Origin: Eledone cirrhosa
Lineage: Eukaryota
NCBI GenBank assembly: GCA_964016885.1
Contig: OZ024742.1
Span: 312,356,001 to 312,420,000, forward strand
Direction of reading: 5' to 3'
Length of the DNA stretch: 64,000 nt
Numbering within the stretch: position 1 is the first letter of the stretch; every line of letters begins with the position of its first letter. The notes below the pieces were generated by a model. The model was not told the origin of the DNA and ran no database searches. It saw only the letters and a list, made by a program, of their open reading frames with translations. Below, one piece after another: positions 56,296 to 64,000 of the stretch. The position numbers were made by a program, and so were the translations under genes.

Positions 56296-59200
56296 TTTTC
56301 ATCATTATTATCGACGATATTATCATTATTTGTTTTTTTAAATGTTTATTTTCTTAATCTCTGTCGTAAATTTTATTCTACACAAAAAAACCCACACTGT
56401 ATCATCCTGTATCATCTCCAATGTCTCCTTAATGTGGCTAATAAAGAAAGCATTATTATTACATTGTCAGAATCATTACAGTATCAGAAAAAATGCTTCG
56501 TAGCATTTAGTTACTACCCTTTACATTAGAGTTCAAACGCTACTGAGGTTAAGTCGCTTTTCCTCTTTCCAGAGTCGGTAAAATAAAGCACCAGTAAACT
56601 ATTGGGGTCACTTCCCACAAATTGTTGTCCTTGTGCCTATGTTAGAAACAATGATTATTACAATAACTGTATAAAAGTTTTCCAGCCATGCTCAATCTGC
56701 CTTTTTGTATATCCAGTGACATTATCCAGCCTGTCTATTTTAAAAAAACAAATTGATAATATTATTTGAGAGTGATCTAACTGCTATTTCTAGCATATCA
56801 AGTGATCAGTTAGTAAACTAAATCTAAAAAGGAGACAATGTATGTGGTGTTTTACATCTTCCCTGAAGACATTAGCAATGTAAACAGCGTAAACATGCAT
56901 CAACTGGAAAATCAAAATTAGGTTGCTGTATTGAGTTGCTAGATTGCTTCTTGTTCTATAGTGTGTATAAATATGTTTGGAAATACCACTAACACTACCA
57001 TTTCTCTTACTACCATCACTGCGACTTATTAATGTGTCTGTATTCTTATTGCAAAACTGACCCTTTTACTCAATATACATTCCATGCAGTTTTCTTGTTT
57101 TCCTATATATTTTACTTTGATACTATTCCTAAAGTCTTCTGTCCTTGTGGCTAATAAAATAAATTATTTTAATTATTATTCCGCTGAGTTATGGCCCTTT
57201 ATGTTCTGAGTTCAAATCCCACCAAGGTTATCTTTGCCTTACGGGGTCAATAAAATAAAGCACCAATAATGCACTGGGGAAATTGCTCGTCTTGTGCTTA
57301 AAGTAGAAACAATTATTATTCTGCCGAGGTTAGCTTTGCCTTTCCTTTTTATAGGGTTAATAAAATAAAGTACCCGTAATGCACTGGGATCGATTTAATC
57401 GACATTCCCCTCCCCAAAAATTGTTGGCTTTGTGCCTAAATCAGGAACCATTATCATTATTAATATAGTATTATTAAAGTTTTTGTTGCCATATTTCTAA
57501 TGAAAGACACTGCCTATAATTTTTCGATCATATTGAAAACAATCAAGTATTTGGAGAGATTTAGTAATATAACTAACTTTCTCATCAAGCAGGTGTTTGG
57601 AACATAACTTACAAGGTCTTACATAAAATCATTATTATTGGGTTTATGTTGTATGCCAAGTCTACCATGAAAATAGAAACACCACCTTCAATTGGCAAGG
57701 AAAAGCAATAGTCTTCCTCTCTCTTCAGTGACAATGGTGGTTGGTCATGGTTGAAAGGTTTGAGGGAGGAGATTTTCATGTCAGAACAAGTCCTCATCAA
57801 CTTCTTCACATAGCTCATGAGGCAGAAAACAAGAGAATAGGGAGATGTGTTCCCACTTCCTCCCAGTAAATTTTATGAAAACTGGGTGAGAGTGGAAAAT
57901 ATTCAGTAGCATTATATACATCCGCTGAGGTTAACTTTGCCTTTCATCCTTATGGGGGTTGATAAAATAAAGTACCAGTAATACCCTTGGATAATTGCTG
58001 GCCTTGTGCCAAAAGTAGAAACAATTATATACATGTGTGTTTTTTTTTACTACACTATTAAACTCAGTTCTATGAGCAGTATATATATATGCAGTGTTCT
58101 GTTTTGGCTTGTACCATGTGTCTGCACCTGGAAAATTCATCTTTAGGGTGCAGCCACGTGCAAAAGTATATTTTTTGCTTCATTTTATAGAAGACAAACT
58201 GCTTTATGAGCGCATAAAGCATATCTCCCCTTTTTGCTAACATTTTGTTCCATAAAACTATTTATAGTTATAAAAACATCAGTTATGTAATACAGACTTC
58301 AATAACTAGAATAGGTAATGGTATAGTACTTCAAAATATTAATTTCATTTCAAGCTTAAAACTCTTATCTCTGCCAACATAAAGACTGCTTGTCTGCCAT
58401 CTTGTCTTTGCCATATATAATATAATTCTTTATTTTTCAAACTCTGAAACTATGGGGAAGAGGAAGGGAATATTCAGCTAATGAAAATACATTTGATAAA
58501 TACATTCTTGACATATCCAAAACTGTATTACAAAGGTTCTGTTTCCTTTTTAGAGCTAAAAATATGTCAGGTTTGAGTGTCTGGTGACTCAAAACAAAGC
58601 ACAAATACAACCTACACTAGAATATTGTTCAAACATCCATCATGTAAACTCACATTGCAGACCAAACAGACAAATACTTGAGACCAGAACATCTAATTCT
58701 ACATGTAGCCCAAATATATTTGTGTACTTTTTGGTAGAATCATTAGAACATTAGACAAACACCTTGCAGTATTTGGTCCTGTTATCTGTACCCTGAGTTC
58801 AAATCCCACTAAAGTTAAGTTTGCCTTTCATCCCAAAATAAAGTACCAGATTTGGCAGAATTATTGCAGCACTAGAATTTTTTTCAACATGCTGATGTGT
58901 GTGTGTATGCATATGCATACATTTATATGTATGAATATATAAATATAAACGTATAGACACTTACAAAAATACACACTCACAGACATATTCGCACAAATAC
59001 ACATACACTCACACAGCATAGCAAATGGAACACCAGCTTCTGTTTTGCTATAGTTTTTTCACCATCCCCTTCCTTCCTTTTACTCAAACATACATTCACA
59101 TAAACACGGAAGATGGACATTAAACGATGATGATGATGATGACACACATTATGGGACGGATAGATGGAAGTCACTCAAATTTATATATAGGTTAGATGAG

Positions 59201-61786
59201 ATGCCCTGCAGTTTTACTTCTGGCTCATTGAATTCCGAGTTCAAACTTTGCTGTGGCCCACTTGGTGGCATACCTAATCTATTGTTTAGTTAAACACCTT
59301 CACCCGGCACTTGGGTTCCTTCAGCAGGATCCATTCTGCAAGTATTTTGGCTAGGATAACTTCTTCCCTTCCTCCTATCACAGCAACCTTGAAAAGGGTC
59401 ATGAGCATTGTGCTCTTATCCCCCAGACTAAACAGCAGAAATAATATTGTCATGTTTGTGGAATACTCAACCACTTAAACATAGAAGCATAGAGTTACGT
59501 CCCTTTATGATCTGAGTTCAAATCTCGCCGAGGTTAACTTTGCCTTTCATCCTTATGGGGTCGATAAAATAAAGTACCAGTAATACACTGGGTAATTGCT
59601 GGCCTTGTGCCAAAAGTAGAAACAATTATTATATATATATATATATATATATATACTAGATTTTGATATATATTTATTTTGAGAACAATACCTTAACATC
59701 AGTATGAGCAGCTGGTTACAGCTGGTTTGAACAGAAAGAAGTGAGAGAATTCTGGCTGGATATGGCTGGTTTAAATGCTAAAGGGTTAATTTACAAATTG
59801 GACGCCAGTTGATTGAACAACTGAATGCTCATCATTGGAACCTATGGAGGATCCATCATCCATTGTATGTGAAAACAGAAATTATTTTCTAGCAGAGTCT
59901 AAAATCCCAATTAGTGGTGTCAGCTAGCTCTTCAGATGATTATGCATGCATGGTGCTGCAACTCCTGAGGGAATCGTAGGGGTGTCATATTGACATACAG
60001 CATTTCTAGGGCACTTTTTCTAATCCTGGTAGAGCTCCTCTCCTCTCCAGGTCTCCAGATGATTATAATAAGTATAAATAACAAGTCCGCCTTTTTTTGC
60101 AAAGGTATTTACTTAAGTAAAAGTATCTCACATTATATCTAGTATTTAGATATCAGATGGCAAGAAAACTGATTAATACTTAGAAAACAGACTAACTCAG
60201 TCATTCCCAAGTGAATACTTTTCTAAGCAGAAATGATTAGTGAGTACAATGTTGAAATTATTTTAGTATTATCTCGCTCAAATTAATTAAAAAGCACCAG
60301 TTTTGTGAGTGTTCCCAGATGTTGAAATAAATAAATAAAAATAACCCCCCAAAAAAGTGTAATTAAAGACATATATATCAATTACAATTCAAACTTTTGA
60401 AATTGTAAAAAAAAAAAAATATATAGAAAAATGAATGTTTTGGAAAAATACATTGTAAAAATAGTTAAGGTGCATTATGGGAAGGGAGAGCTGATGGACA
60501 AAAAAAAAATCACAAACAAACCCAAAAAGTGGAGTTTCTGAAGTGTCATATTTCTCTCTTTAGCTTGCTATATATATAAACTAGAATTACATAGATACAC
60601 AGCTTTATATCAATACCAAAAAGAAAATGTGAGTGTATATAATGTCTGAACTGCATTAATAATGCAGTGTGTCTGAACTGCATTAATAATGCAGTGAAGT
60701 GAAATGATTACAACTAGGAAAGTTAGCCAGGTGACAAGCTCAAGCTTCCTGTAATTTTTATTCTGAATACGCAACGCTTCTAACCACTTCGTTACCATAT
60801 TTCTAATGAAATACACTATATTTAAATTATTATAGAATTCAGGCAGATTTGCTAAAGTTAATTATTAAGATTATATTTGTAACATAACAGCCGTGAGCGT
60901 TCGCTTTCCCTGGGTAGAGATGCACCGACCACGGGTCATAGGCTGCAACTGCCAAGCTGGTGGGTTGGATTCATTCGCGCAATCAACACAGGCAAAGTGG
61001 ATATTTCCAGCCAAAATAAAGACTCCAAGAGGGTGTGCAACATACACCACAGACACAGATCAAATTATATTGGAAGATTCTATTTTAAATGGAAACCTAA
61101 AAGGGTGATTTTGTTTTATTAGAAGCTGAAGCAGTTTTGAACAGGATCTTATCAAAAGAGCTAAGATAATCAACACTATCTCTTTTGATATCATATTGTC
61201 CGAAACTACCCCTTGGTTCTATAATACAGAACTGTTTATTTCACAAAGTGTTTATATTTACCTAAAAACCCTTCAATCATAATTATATGTAAAAACCTTT
61301 GTACTAATGAAAAAGTTAGTTATATTAGTAAATCTCTACAAAATTTTCATTATTTTCAAAATTATTTGAAAATAGGTAGTCTTTCATTAGAAATATGTTA
61401 TTGAAAAGGTTAATACAGTCTATCAGAGTTAAAAATATTTTAGTGACTAGTGTCTTTACACTAATATTATTTGTGCCACTAAAATTTAAAATTTAAAATT
61501 ATCTGTAAAACATTCAAAATTTCCTCTAGTCATACAGACATAAATCACAAGCTAAACAATCCATTTCTAACAAAATTCACTGAAATTATAATTTTTACAG
61601 AAAGTAGATGTAAAATAAAAAAAAACTGGTGATGGTGGTTGATTTTGGTGTAGACAGGGGGTGGTGGTACACAGGGGCCATGGAAGTGGTACTGATGATG
61701 GTGATGGTGGTTGTTTTTGAGATGGGGGTTGGGTTTTTTGTGGTGTTGACGGGATGATGATGGGATTTCCGTTTTGGATTGTTTAA

Positions 61787-61994
61787 CCCTTTAGCATTTT
61801 CATTATTCTTTATTTACTATTGTATGGTCATGGTAAACGCATTATCTCACATAATCTCAAGTCTACAAGAGTTTGATGATATTATTGTTTATTTTAAGAA
61901 CGATATCTTAAGTCCCTGTGAGCTGCTGGTTATGGTCAGTTTCAAAAAGGGGAAAGAATTCTGGCCGGATACCGCCGGTTTAATTGCTAAAGGA
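61787..61994 (-). mobile_element. piggyBac-type MITE M1 (diverged)
   Basis: TTAA-CCCTTTAGCA...TGCTAAAGGA-TTAA. Confidence 0.75.
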
Positions 61995-62693
61995 TTAAGC
62001 CTGTGATTTCTGTCTATGACTGTAAAGAAAATGTTTTTTTTTTTTACAGACCGAATAATACAAACGTAAGAATTTATATCAATCTATCTCTTAATGATTG
62101 AATTAATATATTTGTTATGAATATTTGCATGACTCACTATGAAATAATTAGAATTTTTTCCCTGTGTATTAATATGTAAGGTTAGAATTTACCTGTTAAT
62201 ATTTGTATATTCACAAGCCTGTGGCATCTTAGACAAATGTCTCGAGTAGACCCAAACCTCGTGAGTGAAATTGGGTAGATGGAAAATGTTTAGCAGCTTA
62301 TCTAGTGGACTGTGCCTAGAATTCAAGGGTCTGATCTCGTCACACTAAATATCCTTGAGATTATGTTAAGAGTACACATGTCTGTGGAATGCTCAGCCAC
62401 TTACACGTTAATTTCATGAATAGGCTGTTTTATTGATTGAATAACTGGATTACACATTATCAAAACCAACAGATGGCCCATTACAGTTTATAAATAAGCA
62501 AATGAACCAACAATGAAAAAAAATAAAATTGTTGAAGAAATAAAACGATATAGTGTCCAAACAATTTTATTTAACCCACTTCATATCAAACAACCTGAAA
62601 CTCTTCTTGGTTCTAAGATAAAAGACTGTTTCTTTTAAATTGTTTATATTCATCTAAAAATCTACCATCACAATTTTATGCAAGAACCTTTAA

Positions 62694-62882
62694 CCCTTTA
62701 GCATTTATATTACTCCATATATACTATTGTATTTTCATATAATATCGAATCTGTGAGATTTTGATATTATTTATTTCGAGAACAATACCTTAACATCAGT
62801 ATGAGTGGCCAGTTACAGCTGTTTTGGACAGAAAGAGGTGAGAGAATTCTGGCCAGATATGGCTGGTTTAAATGCTAAAGGA
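62694..62882 (-). mobile_element. piggyBac-type MITE M1 nested in another AT-rich MITE-like repeat
   Basis: TTAA-CCCTTTAGCATTTA...TAAATGCTAAAGGA-TTAA. Confidence 0.82.
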
Positions 62883-63171
62883 TTAAAGTTATTTCCAAAC
62901 ACCAACTTAATAAGGAGAAAGTTATATTACTAATTCTTTCGTTTTCTTAATTATTTTCAAAATGAGATGAAGCAAAAGTAGTGACACAAAACTGTTGTAT
63001 GTAGACAGAGTTCAGTTATATTTTGTCTATCTTGCAAAGAAGTTAATATGCAATGTTTGAGTCTGAGAAAAAATCCCACATTATTAGCTGAATCCAAATA
63101 TTAGCATTGGGTGCTCAAACTGATGAACTATCAGTAACTAACCATTACACACCAATACTCACTCACTCTCT

Positions 63172-63224
<53 letters not shown>

Positions 63225-63799
63225 ACACACACATACACACCAGCAAACAGGCTTTTTTACAGTTCCTACCTACCAATTTCACTCACAGGCTATTGGCTAG
63301 CCTAAGTCTATGGTAGAAGACACTTGCCCAAGGTGTCAACCCAATCATTATTTAAAAATATATATCTAAAAACAAAAACAAAAAAAAAAACACGTTGCTT
63401 AAGTGTTCTCTTGTTTTATCAAGTACCTGCAACCCCACCCCACCCCACCCTGAGCCATATTTGGAACTGTTCAGTTCCCTTTGTCTATCAACATTCATAG
63501 ATCAATATCTACATAGTAGTTAATGGTGGCCATTGTTATGCTGATCCTTCCAGTAAGTAGGAATCATGTGATAAATGCAATGCTTAATAATTGATGTTCT
63601 TATCAATGGTTTTGAATATATGACTGTTGCTTGTAGGTTTCTCCCAGCAATCAGGAAGTAGTGTTTGTTACTAAGGCACACTATATGTTAATATTTGCTT
63701 TGTATTTTGTTATTTTACAATAGATTGCACACACACATAAGGACACATATGGGGACACACAGGCAGACATACACGTGTACATAAAACACACATTTTCAT

Positions 63800-63803
<4 letters not shown>

Positions 63804-63837
<34 letters not shown>

Positions 63838-63919
63838 GTGTGTGTGTGTGTGTGTATACACAAATATATATACATACATATATATATATATACACATATA
63901 TATATATATATACATACAT

Positions 63920-63981
<62 letters not shown>
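63804..63981. repeat. (TA)n/(TG)n microsatellites
   Basis: Read directly. Confidence 0.95.
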
Positions 63982-63983
<2 letters not shown>

Positions 63984-64000
63984 CTCAGAGATTTATTAAA

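Noticed and set aside
56855-56910. Possible second hammerhead (CTGAAGA...GTAAACATGCATC)
   Set aside because: The GAAA core is altered and stems I and II do not pair convincingly.
57609-57818. 69-aa minus-strand ORF or exon
   Set aside because: Weak splice signals and no recognisable homology. It may be a decayed LINE.
58200-58221. 9-bp-arm hairpin as a Helitron 3' end
   Set aside because: It is AT-rich and has no downstream CTRR terminus.

Overview
Eukaryotic, AT-rich, repeat-dominated genomic DNA. The repeat families and (TA/TACA)n load resemble a cephalopod (Octopus-like) genome, which is an inference. No host gene is confidently seen. Bases 1-30,060 are one large (TA)n/(TACA)n microsatellite field that hosts many non-LTR retroelements. 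These include five copies or fragments of one RTE family carrying a PHD finger, two of them near-identical, ORF-intact and inverted (16.8-20.3 kb and 23.8-27.4 kb). There is also a second RTE subfamily, a third unrelated RTE, a CR1/L2-type LINE with an intact 1006-aa ORF2 and a CCCH-finger ORF1, two tRNA-derived SINEs that share the RTE 3' UTR, and a short bipartite RTE-like element. The most striking feature is a 394-bp near-perfect palindrome (27503-27896) whose two arms each carry a complete minimal type I hammerhead ribozyme motif, as in an inverted Penelope-like pLTR. Bases 30-64 kb are older intergenic or intronic sequence with tRNA-derived SINEs (often tandem), TTAA (piggyBac-type) and hAT MITEs, degraded RTE fragments, minisatellites, a 79-nt perfect hairpin and two weak candidate minus-strand exons. 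Most ORFs in the supplied track ([12 protein letters not shown]) are microsatellite artefacts.
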